DNA of 64,000 nt from an uncultured Planctomycetia bacterium (lineage in GTDB: Bacteria > Planctomycetota > Planctomycetia > Pirellulales > S012-138): NCBI GenBank assembly GCA_963809785.1, contig CAWEKV010000003.1, positions 209,959-273,958 on the forward strand, in the 5' to 3' direction. Each line of letters opens with the position of its first letter. The first letter of the stretch is position 1. A program made the position numbers and the translations under genes. The notes below the pieces were generated by a model. The model ran no database searches. It saw only the letters and a program-made list of their open reading frames with translations, and was not told the origin of the DNA. Positions 1-9,198 of this stretch are shown here, piece by piece.

Positions 1-1119
1 TACGCCCTGCAGAAGAACCTCGGCAAGGACGCCCAGCAGCAGGGCTCGAAGGTCGAGGACGACTGGCTGCGGTTCGACTTCGCGCAACCTCGCGCCGGTC
101 GACGCCGAGCAGCTGGCCGCGATCGAGCAGCGACGTGGCCGAGCAAGGTCGCGCGCCGGCGAGCCGATCGCGCTGGAAATTCGTGCCGCTCGCCGAGGCC
201 CGCAAGCCGCCGGGGCGATGATGCTCTTCGGCGAGAAGTATCCCGACCCGGTCCGCATGGTCTCGATGGGCGACTTCAGCCGCGAGCTGTGCGGCGGCAC
301 GCACCTCGACAACACGGGCGAGGTCGGGGCTTTCGAGATCATCAGCGAAGAAGGCGGTCTCCGCCGGCACGCGGCGGATCATCGCCCTGACCGGCGCGAA
401 GGCCCGCGAGCACACGGAGCAAATCCGCGCGGCCTTGGCCGAGACCGCGAAGGCGCTCGGCGTGCCGGCGGCTCAAACGCCGGAGCGGGTGGCAGTGCTG
501 ACGCAGGAAGTGCGCGAGCTGAAGAAGCAGCTTGCCTCGGGCCACAGTGGCCCGCCCGCTGGGCGAGCGGGCGGCGACTCGCAGAGCGACTCGCCCACCG
601 TGGCGTCCACAAAGACGCTCGACCGCCGCGAAACGCGCCAGGCGCTCGAGCGGGCGGCGCGGGCGCTGAATATCGCCCCGCTGGACGTGCCCCGGCGGGT
701 GGGCACGCTGCTCAAGGAGGTTGCGGACTTGAAGGCCCAGCTTGCGGCTGGTCCGAAGGGCGGCGAGCTCTCAGCCGACAAGCTGATCGAAAGCGCCGCG
801 ATCATCGCCGGCGTCAAAGTCATCGTGGCCGAGGCGACCGGCGCAAACCCCAACGTGATGCGTCAGCTCATCGATCAGGTGAGGCGCAAGGCCTCGCCGG
901 CCGCCGTGCTCTTGGCCAGCGCCGAGCCGGAGAAAGTGACCGTCGTGGCCGGCGTGAGCCAGGAGCTCGTCGCAGCGCGGCGCCGACGCCGGCCGCTGGG
1001 TGAAAGAGACGGCGGCCGTCGTCGGCGGTGGCGGCGGCGGCAAGCCCGACATGGCCCAGGCCGGCGGCAAGCTGCCGGAAAAGCTCCCAGACGCGCTGGC
1101 AGCGCGCGCAGGCAGGTGA
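1..1119 (+). CDS. alaS: Alanine--tRNA ligase, C-terminal ~370 aa (5' end outside window); reading frame broken at least 4 times
   Basis: Frame 1 opens with [30 protein letters not shown] 218-1003 gives [49 protein letters not shown] 435-1142 continues (A)LTGAKAREH...VRELKKQL...[40 protein letters not shown]. The last 48 aa ([36 protein letters not shown], stop TGA 1117-1119) lie in a third frame. Shifts fall near ~90, ~170, ~355 and ~970. At 355 an extra g in ggcggtc restores [16 protein letters not shown] when removed. Confidence 0.9.
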
Positions 1120-1235
1120 TTAAGGAGATGATGGGAGGGTGAGCCACGAAGAACGGCCGCTGCTACAATAGAGAAACGTATTGCAGCCTAATCCAGACGA
1201 CGCAAAGCGGCATTTCGAGTCCAAGCATTTCGGAG

Positions 1236-1460
1236 TTGAAGATGGTGCAGTCGATCACGGTGACATTGCCAAACGACGTTGAAGAAGCGCTCCTGAAGGT
1301 CACGCGTCAGGAAGGTGTGCGGCCTGAAGACGTTGTGGGCAGGGCCGTCAAGGAGCATCTCTTCCTACGTCAGTTTCGATTGCTCCGGGAGCGAATGGCG
1401 GCCAAGGCCAAAGATCAGGGTATCGTGACGGACCAGGATGTGTTCGACCGCGTGTCATGA
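1236..1460 (+). CDS. Small antitoxin-like protein (ribbon-helix-helix sized) paired with the PIN toxin
   Basis: 74-aa ORF whose stop overlaps the next start (ATGA at 1457-1460). Size, position and N-terminal beta-strand-like ITVTLPNDVEEAL are typical of RHH/CopG-type antitoxins. Confidence 0.55.
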   Translation: MKMVQSITVTLPNDVEEALLKVTRQEGVRPEDVVGRAVKEHLFLRQFRLLRERMAAKAKDQGIVTDQDVFDRVS

Positions 1461-1861
1461 ATGTGGTTCTGGACACAAACGTGCTGATTGCGGCCCTCAT
1501 CGTGCGCGGGGCCTGCACGGAGCTCCTCGAACACTGTGTGCTGCATCACGCGCTGGTCTCTTCGGAGGAGATCCTCAGCGAGCTCAGGAAGCATTTGGCT
1601 GGCAAGTTCAAGTACAGCGAAACGGAGGCAGATGAGGCAATTGCTCTCTTGCGGAATCAGATGGAGATCGTGGTCCCAAGCGCGCTGGAACGGCCGACTT
1701 GCCGCGATTCGGATGACGATATGGTCTTGGGGACCGCCGCCGCAGGAGGCGCTGAGTGCATCGTGACCGGCGACAAAGACCTGCTCGTACTTCAGCGTTA
1801 TGGCGCGATTGCAATTCTGAGTCCGTCGCAATTCGCCGCTTTCGAGGCTGATCGCCGGTAG
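1457..1861 (+). CDS. PIN-domain toxin (type II TA system)
   Basis: 134 aa: MNVVLDTNVLIAALI...SSEEILSEL...CRDSDDDMVLGTAAAGGAECIVTGDKDLLVL. This is the conserved acidic-residue pattern of PIN nucleases, and the gene has a 4-nt overlap with the upstream small ORF. Confidence 0.8.
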   Translation: MNVVLDTNVLIAALIVRGACTELLEHCVLHHALVSSEEILSELRKHLAGKFKYSETEADEAIALLRNQMEIVVPSALERPTCRDSDDDMVLGTAAAGGAECIVTGDKDLLVLQRYGAIAILSPSQFAAFEADRR

Positions 1862-1871
1862 AGATTCACCT

Positions 1872-1972
1872 CGCTCCCAGGCTCTGCTGGGGAACGTGCG
1901 GGCGCCAAGCTCTGCTTGAACGACGAAGCAGAGCTTCGTAGATCGCGTTCCCAAGCAGAGCTTGGGAACAGG
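1872..1972. repeat. Repeat family A, full composite copy (three hairpins)
   Basis: The three hairpins are tcccaGGCTCTGCtggga, then aagctctgctt-N8-aagcagagctt, then gttcccaag-cagag-cttgggaac. The same three-hairpin architecture recurs at 54339-54440. Confidence 0.85.
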
Positions 1973-1976
1973 GCGC

Positions 1977-1996
1977 GAACGGAATGAATTCCGTTC
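1977..1996. repeat. Repeat family F palindrome GAACGGAA-N4-TTCCGTTC
   Basis: gaacggaatgaattccgttc. Related copies lie at 56723-56742 and 56765-56785. Confidence 0.7.
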
Positions 1997-3388
1997 TACC
2001 TGCCGGGCGTTCTGGTGGACTTCTTGGCTTCCAAATCCAGCACGTGCTGGAGCAGCTTGTCGTCGCTGTGCAGCTTGAGCACGTCGTCTACGGCGGCGAT
2101 CTTGAAGTCCTTATCCTTCGGCGCAGTGCCCGGTAAACCTTGAATAGCGAGAGCAGCCCGGAGTAGCGGTCGTTGCGGACCACGCCGGAGTTGAGCTGCG
2201 ATTGCACGTTGCCGCTGGAGAAGGCGGCCATCAACAGGCCCCGCCGCTCGTCGTCTTTGCCGAACCACTTCAGCTCCTCGTCGCCGATCACGACCGCCGC
2301 CTTGGGCGTCTGAGCGGTGAACGTCATCACCGTCTTGACGTGCTCCTTGGCCGTCTGGCTCAGCGGCTCCCCCAGCAGGGCCTGGCTAGCCCGCTGAAAC
2401 TCGGCTTCGCTGATGGCGGGCGCCTTGCCCGGCCTGACCTTCTCTGCCTTCGGCGGGCCGGTCCGCGCCCGGAAAGGTCCCACGCCGTCAGCCACGTCTG
2501 CTCGCCGCGCTTCAGCTTGAACTCGCCGACCAGCCGCTTCTCCATGTCGGGCAGATGGCCGGCGCCGTAGAAAACGGCCAGCCGGCGCTTGTCGGTCTTG
2601 AGCTGCTCGGCCAGCACTTTGAGCGCCACCTTGTTGCGCTCGGTCAGGATCGTCGAGCCGTCCGGCCCGTCCAGCCAGCCCATCGAGCGCTCCAGGTCGC
2701 CAAACTGCGGCGCCAGCGTCCGCTTGAAGGCCAGAGCGGGGTTACGGGAAGTGAACAGGTTGGCCAGCAGGTCGGCGTCGGTGGCGCCGGCCTCCGGATC
2801 GCTGGCTTCGGCGATGCCCTGGCCGATGGCCTCGGCGATCATCTTCAGGAAGCTCTCATCGCGCTTCTTCATCGACTCGGCGAACTCCTCTCCCGACATG
2901 TCGGCATGGATGAAGTTCTTCTTCGTGTAGTCCACCTCGGCGATCTGGTCGGCCAGCTCGAGCATGCTGGCCAGCGGGCTGTAGAGGCCGGCGCTGCCCC
3001 GCTCCGGCCGGGCGCCCTTGGGGGCCACCAGCTCGTACAAGACCGCGTCGTATTTTTCGAACTGCTTGTTCAGACGGTGGTAATAGGTCTTGTCGGCGAT
3101 ATGGATGACGCCTACCAGATCGACCTGCACCTCGTCGCCAGCGGAGTTTCGGCCGACGTAGGTGGTTATCGCCACGTCGAGCGAGGCCGGACGGTCCTTG
3201 GCGTTCTTGGCAACGCGCACGAAGAGCGTCTTGTCGGCTTTGGCATCCGCGGCCTTGGCATCGGCTTTGGCGGACTCCTTGCCAGCGGGCGCCTTGACGG
3301 CGGGCGGATCGGCCAGCACGGCCGCCGAAAAGACGCCGATGGCCAGCAGCAACCCGAGGAGCAGCGCAGATATCCGTCGGCTCGACAT
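1996..3388 (-). CDS. TraB/GumN-family protein with C-terminal extension (frame broken twice)
   Basis: ATG at 3386-3388 gives MSSRRISALLLGLLLAIGVFSAAVLA (signal/TM). LVGVIHIADKTYY, AVLYELV, AVFYGAGHLPDM and TAWDL fit my recollection of TraB/GumN. ORFs 2360-3565, 2088-2495 and 1996-2268 read on continuously, with shifts near ~2470 and ~2240. Confidence 0.65.
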
Positions 3389-3700
3389 GAGACATCCCTC
3401 GCATGAACAGGCATCAATCAGCCAGACCCACCCGCGGCAGAATCGAAAGGAAGTATATGCCCGCGGCTGATTGCGGACAATGAGAACGCATCGGCGCCAT
3501 CCTCCCTTCCTCGCGGAGGATCGGCATAACCGCTCCCAGGCCGAGCCTTTTGCTCTCTTGCCCATCTGCCGGCCGATATCAGCAAGGAAGACGTAGAGGG
3601 TGGACCACGGCGTCGGCCCACCCAGGTCGGACGGCTATGCGGCGACGGATTGCCTCCCACACGACGCCAATCCAATTTGCACCTTGTCGGGAGCCAACCC

Positions 3701-4015
3701 ATGATCGAGAGACGAACGGTTGCGGACTCTATGGCTGCCGCCGGCCTGTGCCTGCTGGCCTTGGCCGCCGTTGACGGAGCCATGGAGCTCTTCGAGTACC
3801 TTACCGCCATCAACCTGTGGATGACCTGCGGCACGGTCGGCCTGCTCTTGCTGGTCGTGGTGAACGTCGGCCTGGGCATCTTCGAGCGAGACTCGTCGCT
3901 CCGCCGCGGCGTCCGCCGTGTGACCGTCTGGTACAAGCTGCGCCTCCGCAGGCGCCACGCGGCCCACGGCGGCCTGTCCATGGGGGGAGACTCAGGCCTG
4001 CCGGCGATGCAATAG
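3701..4015 (+). CDS. Hypothetical small membrane protein
   Basis: MIERRTVADSMAAAGLCLLALAAVDG...WMTCGTVGLLLLVVVNVGLGIF contains two hydrophobic helices. No family was recognised. Confidence 0.3.
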   Translation: MIERRTVADSMAAAGLCLLALAAVDGAMELFEYLTAINLWMTCGTVGLLLLVVVNVGLGIFERDSSLRRGVRRVTVWYKLRLRRRHAAHGGLSMGGDSGLPAMQ

Positions 4016-4130
4016 GCCGCGCTCCGACGGACCACACGCAAAAAGCGTCGAACGGGCGAGACGTTGATCAAGGCCTGGCCGGGCCGCCGACTTCGTGGCC
4101 GAGGGTCACGACAGGCGATCGAGCAGCCCA

Positions 4131-4216
4131 CCGTCGGGCTCGCCCCGACGGTTCGATGACTGGTCAGCTACAGGAGAGTGAAGGCCATCACGAACCCCGT
4201 CGGGCTCGTCCCGACG
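4131..4216. repeat. Repeat family H: two copies of hairpin CCGTCGGGCTCG(C/T)CCCGACG
   Basis: Copies at 4131-4151 and 4197-4216. Each is a 7-8 bp GC stem with a short loop. Confidence 0.75.
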
Positions 4217-4239
4217 CTGGGCTTTCCGATAGGCCTTTG

Positions 4240-5200
4240 TCAGATCACTCGCCAGTCCGTCGGTGGCCGCGGTGCCGACGGCTGACCGTCGTGGCCGCTG
4301 AGCGTCGGCACGTCGTCCAGATGCCAGAGCCGAAAGCCGCCGCGGAAGGCGTTCAGGTTGTGACCCAGCCGCACGCCCGGTGGAAGCTCCTTGAGCTGCT
4401 TCGCGTTGCCCCCTCCCAGCACGACGTAGTCTGCCACGAAGGCGCCGAGCAGTGCCGTGGCAATGGCGGCCACCTGTTCTCGCCAGAGCTTTTTCCCCAG
4501 CCGCCTCAGGCCGATTCGTCCCATGATTTCGCCGAAGGTCCGGCCGTCCTGGAAGGGAAGCTGTCCCAGCTCCAAGCTGATGACGACGTTGGCGGCGATC
4601 AGGGAAGAGCCCAACCCGGTGCCAAGCCCCAGGAAAAGCATCCGCCCCCCTTCATAGCTGCCGACGGCTTGCATGACCGCGTCATTGACGATGCGAACGG
4701 GCAGGCCGAACGCCGCCGCATAATCAAAACCGACCCAGCCGGCGCCCAGATTGCCCGGCTCGGAGCGCGGCCCATTGTCGCCCACAAGACCCGGAAAGCC
4801 GATCGACACCGCCTCATCAGCGCCAGTCTTGCGTCAGCTCGCGGACGGCGTCCACCATTTTCGCGGGCGTCATCCGCTTGCCGGAGCTGATCTTCCTGGG
4901 CTGGGTTTCGCCACTGGCAAGCAGTTTCAGCTTCGTGCCGCCCACGTCGATCACCAGGATCGACTGCGGCGGCTGGTCTGCGCCTGCGCGCCCGCGGTCG
5001 GTCGCGCTGGGTGCGCCACCGGGCTTGGAACGTCGGGCTCGTTTTTTAGCGGCGCTGCGCCCGAGGTTGAGTCGCAGCCATTCCGGGCGCTCCTGAAAAA
5101 CTCGATGGGTCGCCTGCCATAGATAGAGCGCTCGCGGCCCTGCGTCTATGGCACGCTGCCCCTCCGGCCGATCACCTCCGCGCCTGCTCGCCCTTGTCAC
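4240..5200 (-). CDS. ROK-family sugar kinase (polyphosphate glucokinase-like); one frameshift, start uncertain
   Basis: ILVIDVGGTKLKLL (ATP-binding DxGGT) lies in ORF 4817-5200. ORF 4240-4809 has SIGFPGLV...NDAVMQAVGSYEGGRMLFLGLGTGLGSSLI...VVLGGGNAKQL. The junction ELTQDWR/(Y)DEAVSIGFPG needs a 1-nt shift at ~4815. No ATG lies close to the kinase core, so 5200 is the maximal start. Confidence 0.8.
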
Positions 5201-5408
5201 CCTGACCGGCCTTCACCTGCCTCTTGGCTCGGCGTCGCCGGTCCTGACTGAGCGAGCGACCCACGTCATCGCTTTCCTGGAATTGGCCCTTGGCATCGCG
5301 GCGCACAAAGCGCTTGTCGCGGCCCGTATCGATCAACTCGCGGGCGGCCGCCGCCTTGCGCCCGGTAGCACGTCGGGCCGGGGATCGTTGTGCTGATGTC
5401 CTTTTCAT
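5172..5408 (-). CDS. Small basic hypothetical protein (78 aa)
   Basis: ATG 5406-5408: MKRTSAQRSPARRATGRKAAAARELIDTGRDKRFVRRDAKGQFQESDDVGRSLSQDRRRRAKRQVKAGQGDKGEQARR. Its composition differs from that of the shadow ORFs. Function unknown. Confidence 0.45.
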   Translation of the reverse strand: MKRTSAQRSPARRATGRKAAAARELIDTGRDKRFVRRDAKGQFQESDDVGRSLSQDRRRRAKRQVKAGQGDKGEQARR

Positions 5409-5566
5409 GATGGAAGCCCTCGCAGTCTCAGGGATTTTGACATAAGCTTCGCTCCCGTGGAAGCAACTCCTGTGCCGATATGAGGCACGCAGCCACGTCC
5501 CTGCTCGGCATTTGATTTGCCCCCCTGGCGTCGAGAGTGACTGGGGAGACACGAAATTCGAGACCC

Positions 5567-6957
5567 ATGCGTTATCTCGCCCTGGCTTGCGATTACGACG
5601 GCACGCTGGCCCACAATGGCCGGGTTTCGGCGAGCACCCTGGCCGCTCTGGAGTCCCTCTTGGCCAGCGGCCGTCGCCTGGTCCTGGTGACGGGCGCGAG
5701 CTGGATGAACTGCTGGAAATCCTGCCGGAAATCCACCTGTTCGAGTGGGTGGTGGCCGAGAATGGCGCGCTGACTCTATTCGCCCGCGACGCGCGAAGAG
5801 AAGGTCTTGGCCCAGCCTCCGCCACCCGCCTTCGTGGACACGCTTCACGCCCGCGGCGTGACGCCCATTTCGGTCGGACGCGTCATCGTGGCGACCTGGC
5901 GACCCCACGAAGCCACCGTGCTGGCAGCCATCCAGGAACTAGGCCTCGAGCTGCAAGTGATCTTCAACAAGGGCGCCGTCATGGTCTTGCCCATGAACGT
6001 GTCGAAGGCCACGGGCTTCGCCGCTGCCCTCAAACAGATGGCCCTCTCGCCGCACGAAGCGGTGGGCGTTGGCGACGCGGAGAACGACCACGCTTTTCTG
6101 ACGATGTGCGAGTGTTCGGTCGCCGTCTCCAATGCGCTGCCCGCCGTGAAGCAAACCGCCGACCTGACGACTCGCGGCGATCACGGCGACGGCGTGGCGG
6201 AGCTGATCGACCAGATGGTGGCCGATGACTTGCGGGGGCTGGAGAGCACACTCATCCGGCACGATCTGCGGCTCGGCACGAGTCGGGACGGGCAACCCGT
6301 CATGCTTTCTCCGTACGGGCCTGGAGTGCTGATCGCCGGATCGTCTGCCCGCTCCCGCTCGGCCGTTGCCGCTGCGCTCTTGGACCAGCTCACGCAGCGG
6401 CGCTATCAATCCTGCATCTTAGACCCCGCCGCGCTGGGCGGCACTCCCCAGGCCATCAGCGTGGGCGACCAGGACCACGCGCCGACGACTAAGGAGGTCA
6501 TCGAGATCCTGGTCAAAGGCGAAACCAACGTGGTCGTCGATCTCACCGCGGTGAAGGTCTCCGATCGAGCGGCCTTTTCCGCATCGCTATTCCCCACGCT
6601 GCTCGAAGTGCGGGCGCGAACGGGGCGGCCTCATTGGATCGTCGTCAACGAAGCCCAGCAGTTGCTGCCGGCGGGGCGCCTCTGGCGGTGGGGGAGGAAG
6701 CCCACACGTGCCAGCGGATGTTGTTCGTCAGCGAACATCCCCAGCAGCTCCATCCCGCCGCCTTGGCCGGGGTGGGCATCATCATCGTGGTGGGCCGGCA
6801 ACCGGAGCAGACGCTTGCGGCGATTTGTCAGGCGCTGGCCATTGCTCCCCCATCCTTCGATCCCGTCGAGTTGGCCGCCGATGAGGTCCTGCTATGGCGG
6901 AGGAACGAGCAACCCATCGTCGCGCGGCTCAACGCCGAGCTTAGCGCGGCTCACTAG
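5567..6957 (+). CDS. HAD-IIB-type phosphatase fused to a P-loop-like C-terminal domain (frame broken ~3 times)
   Basis: MRYLALACDYDGTLA (HAD motif I DxDGT), LVLVTGRELDEL, and GVGDAENDHAFL (motif IV). The C-terminal half has VLIAGSSARSRSAV (a degenerate Walker A position) and HWIVVNEAQQLLP (Walker-B-like). Fragments 5537-5773, 5512-6228, 5807-6997 and 6634-6957 join with shifts near ~5690, ~5800 and ~6680. Confidence 0.8.
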
Positions 6958-6990
6958 CCCGACGCGCAAGCGCGCAAGCGAGGGAGAAGC
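6952..6990. repeat. Repeat family B, single arm
   Basis: cactagcccgacgcgcaagcgcgcaagcgagggagaagc matches the arms at 27213, 29757 and 63014. Confidence 0.8.
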
Positions 6991-7094
6991 GGAATAGACC
7001 CGATTCTCACTCATTCCGCCGATTTCGAATCGGACACGGCCCGCGACCTCGTACAAATAGCGCGTGACCTTGCCGCGCGAGTCGGTCGAGCCGG

Positions 7095-8318
7095 TCAAGA
7101 GGTTCGTGGTGGCGCCGTAAGGACGTTCTCGAAGAGCTGCCTGTAGCGCGGCGCAATGCGCTCGGGCCGCCACCGCTCCGCTTGGCGAAAAGCGGCCTGC
7201 CTGGCCGCTGCGTAAAAGCGCTTGTCATCCCAAAGGCGGATGGTCATTTCCACCCAGGGCTCGACCTCTGCCGCTGACGGCACCTCTCGAGTCAGCGGCG
7301 TATACTTCGCCGGGACATCCAACACAAAACCCCCTTCGCCCACCGTCTCGGGCAATCCGCCTCGATTGCTGCCCAACACGGGGATGCCGTTGGTCATCGC
7401 CTCCGCCGCCACCAGCGGGCTGTTCTCGAGCCAGAGGGAGGGCACAAGCATCAACTTGCTGACGCGGTAAAAGGCCCGCGGATCAGCCTGGTTCGGCATT
7501 CGCCGAACGTGTTGCAACACCTTCGAGCCGCTCTCGAAGGAAACGAGCGTATCCGCTCCGCCGCGTCCTTCAACGACCAGCAGTGGAATATCCGGCCGCC
7601 GCCTGTGAAGCTCCTGAGCGATGCGCAGAACACCGCCGCGCCTTTCTCTTCGCTGGGATTTACGAACGTGACAAACGTCGGACACCAGGTGTCTACGACA
7701 GCCACCCGCCGCCGGTCTACCACGTACGGCAACCGGTCGCAGACAATCCCCAGCCGCTCCCAATACACCCGGCGTGCAAACTCCGAGGGCACCAGCACGG
7801 CGGTCGCCGCTCGAAGCGCCTCACGGTTCGCGTACTCGAGATTGTGCAGCATGCACACGACACGAATGCCCCGCCGCAGGCAGCCATCAATAAGGCCTTT
7901 ACCAAGCGGATCGGTGCATACGTCACCACGATCTCCGGACGATATCGCTCCAGAAAGATGTCCCATGCCATCCAAAAGGCATCGGCCTCGTCCCTCCCAA
8001 TGACCGGACGAGTAGACTTCATGCAAAACACGGTGATCGGCACCCCGCCGCAAGCGGCAAATAAGAGCCGCGGGGCGCCGAACCCACCCAAGCTTGTCGC
8101 GCGCTATAGGGGATGCCGCACTGGGCTACCATCTGCTCGTAACATACTTCATGGGCTGCTTCGACGATGGACGTGCAGAAGCCTCCAAACGCCATCCCGA
8201 GCTGGTGCCCGAGCCGCAGCCAATCGAGTGTGGCTCGCGCCGCTCCACTGAAGGGGTCGATCAATGAAAAGGGCAGCGCGAAGGCAACCCTGCAACGTTT
8301 TTCGCCGATTGGAGTCAT
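7095..8318 (-). CDS. Glycosyltransferase (GT-B fold, GT4-like); frame broken ~3 times
   Basis: C-terminal ORF 7095-7763 reads LLVVEGRGG...KLMLVPSLWLENSPLVAAEAMTNGIPVLGSNRGGLPETVGEGGFVL, which includes the E-x7-E-like sugar-donor motif. Upstream fragments 7451-8053, 7717-8091 and 8019-8318 continue the N-terminal Rossmann half. The 3' end is uncertain. Confidence 0.75.
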
Positions 8319-8396
8319 TTACGATTTCCCAAGGCGCGCGGCCATCATCGACAGCACCGGCATTCGATGAATCCACGTGAGGCAACTTGGGCGGCG

Positions 8397-8633
8397 TCAC
8401 GGCCCACGCTGCAACTTGGCCGGATGCGTGGACGTGTGGATTTCCTTGAGCTTGCGAATGCTGACCTGCGTGTAGATCGTCGTGGTGTCAAGCTTGGCGT
8501 GGCCGAGCATGGCTTGGATGTAGCGGGGGGTCGCTCCGTTCTCAAGCATCAGCGTAGCATCGTGTGGCGGAACAGGTGGCAACTGCCGTGCTTGCCGATG
8601 TCGGCGGCAGTCACGTACTGCCGCCCCAGCAGT
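8397..8633 (-). pseudogene. Tyrosine recombinase/integrase, C-terminal ~78 aa remnant
   Basis: After correcting a 1-nt deletion at ~8565 the frame reads [72 protein letters not shown]. This is the HxxR...H...Y catalytic C-terminus. The frame is closed by a stop at ~8634-8636, so the N-terminal ~3/4 is missing. Confidence 0.8.
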
Positions 8634-8652
8634 CATGTCTGAAAGGACACAA

Positions 8653-9174
8653 CTATGTGTGTATGAGCCGATGGACTACTAACGCAGTCTGTTCGTCAGG
8701 ATTATAGGAAGCTGTGTCAATGCGATATGTCCCAGGATTCAACTCGATTGGCATTGCCTCTTTGAGGTTGAATGGCTCCCCTGCCTTGGCCGAATCGAAG
8801 AGATATAGTATTGGTTCATCGACCCGGAAGAAAACGCCAGTCGAGTGGAATGCCTCGCTGGGGACGGTCGTCGCGTGCCGAAGTAGAGATGACTCATTCT
8901 CAGCATAACGCCACCTAACGAACTTCCCGCCGTCCCTCGTGCTTGAGGGAATCCATGCTGTTTGCATTGGCTCGTCTCCAAAAATGAGACCCACGCTGCC
9001 TCCAACACGAACCGTTCCTACATAATCCGTAACTTCGCAGGCTCGGTCATAATCCGTCTTGCTATGACCACTCCCCGCCGCAGTGCCACCGCTGGGAAAA
9101 CACCCGCCCCAGGCGGAAAGACGGCTCTTCCCCAAGAGAATAAGTGGCCCGCCATCTGTCGAAATCCAATTCAT
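8653..9174 (-). CDS. Imm21-like polymorphic-toxin immunity protein
   Basis: 173 aa located 24 nt downstream of the Rhs stop. It has [19 protein letters not shown] (WxG) and DYDRAC (YxxxC), which match my recollection of the Imm21 signature (conserved W, WxG, YxxxC). The locus is visibly AT-richer than its surroundings. Confidence 0.6.
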   Translation of the reverse strand: MNWISTDGGPLILLGKSRLSAWGGCFPSGGTAAGSGHSKTDYDRACEVTDYVGTVRVGGSVGLIFGDEPMQTAWIPSSTRDGGKFVRWRYAENESSLLRHATTVPSEAFHSTGVFFRVDEPILYLFDSAKAGEPFNLKEAMPIELNPGTYRIDTASYNPDEQTALVVHRLIHT

Positions 9175-9198
9175 ATTACCCTCAGACGCATTAATGTA

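Noticed and set aside
3418-4131. 237-aa minus-strand ORF between the TraB and ROK genes
   Set aside because: Its composition is Arg/Pro/Ser-rich with no motif. It overlaps the more plausible small membrane ORF on the + strand and the family-H repeats.
6990-7110. Peptide ATTNLLTGSTDSRGKVTRYLYEVAGRVRFEIGG on the minus strand, which resembles a single YD repeat and could be an Rhs relic or the true glycosyltransferase C-terminus after a frameshift
   Set aside because: It is too short to distinguish a YD remnant from chance, and it runs straight into a family-B repeat. It is left unannotated.
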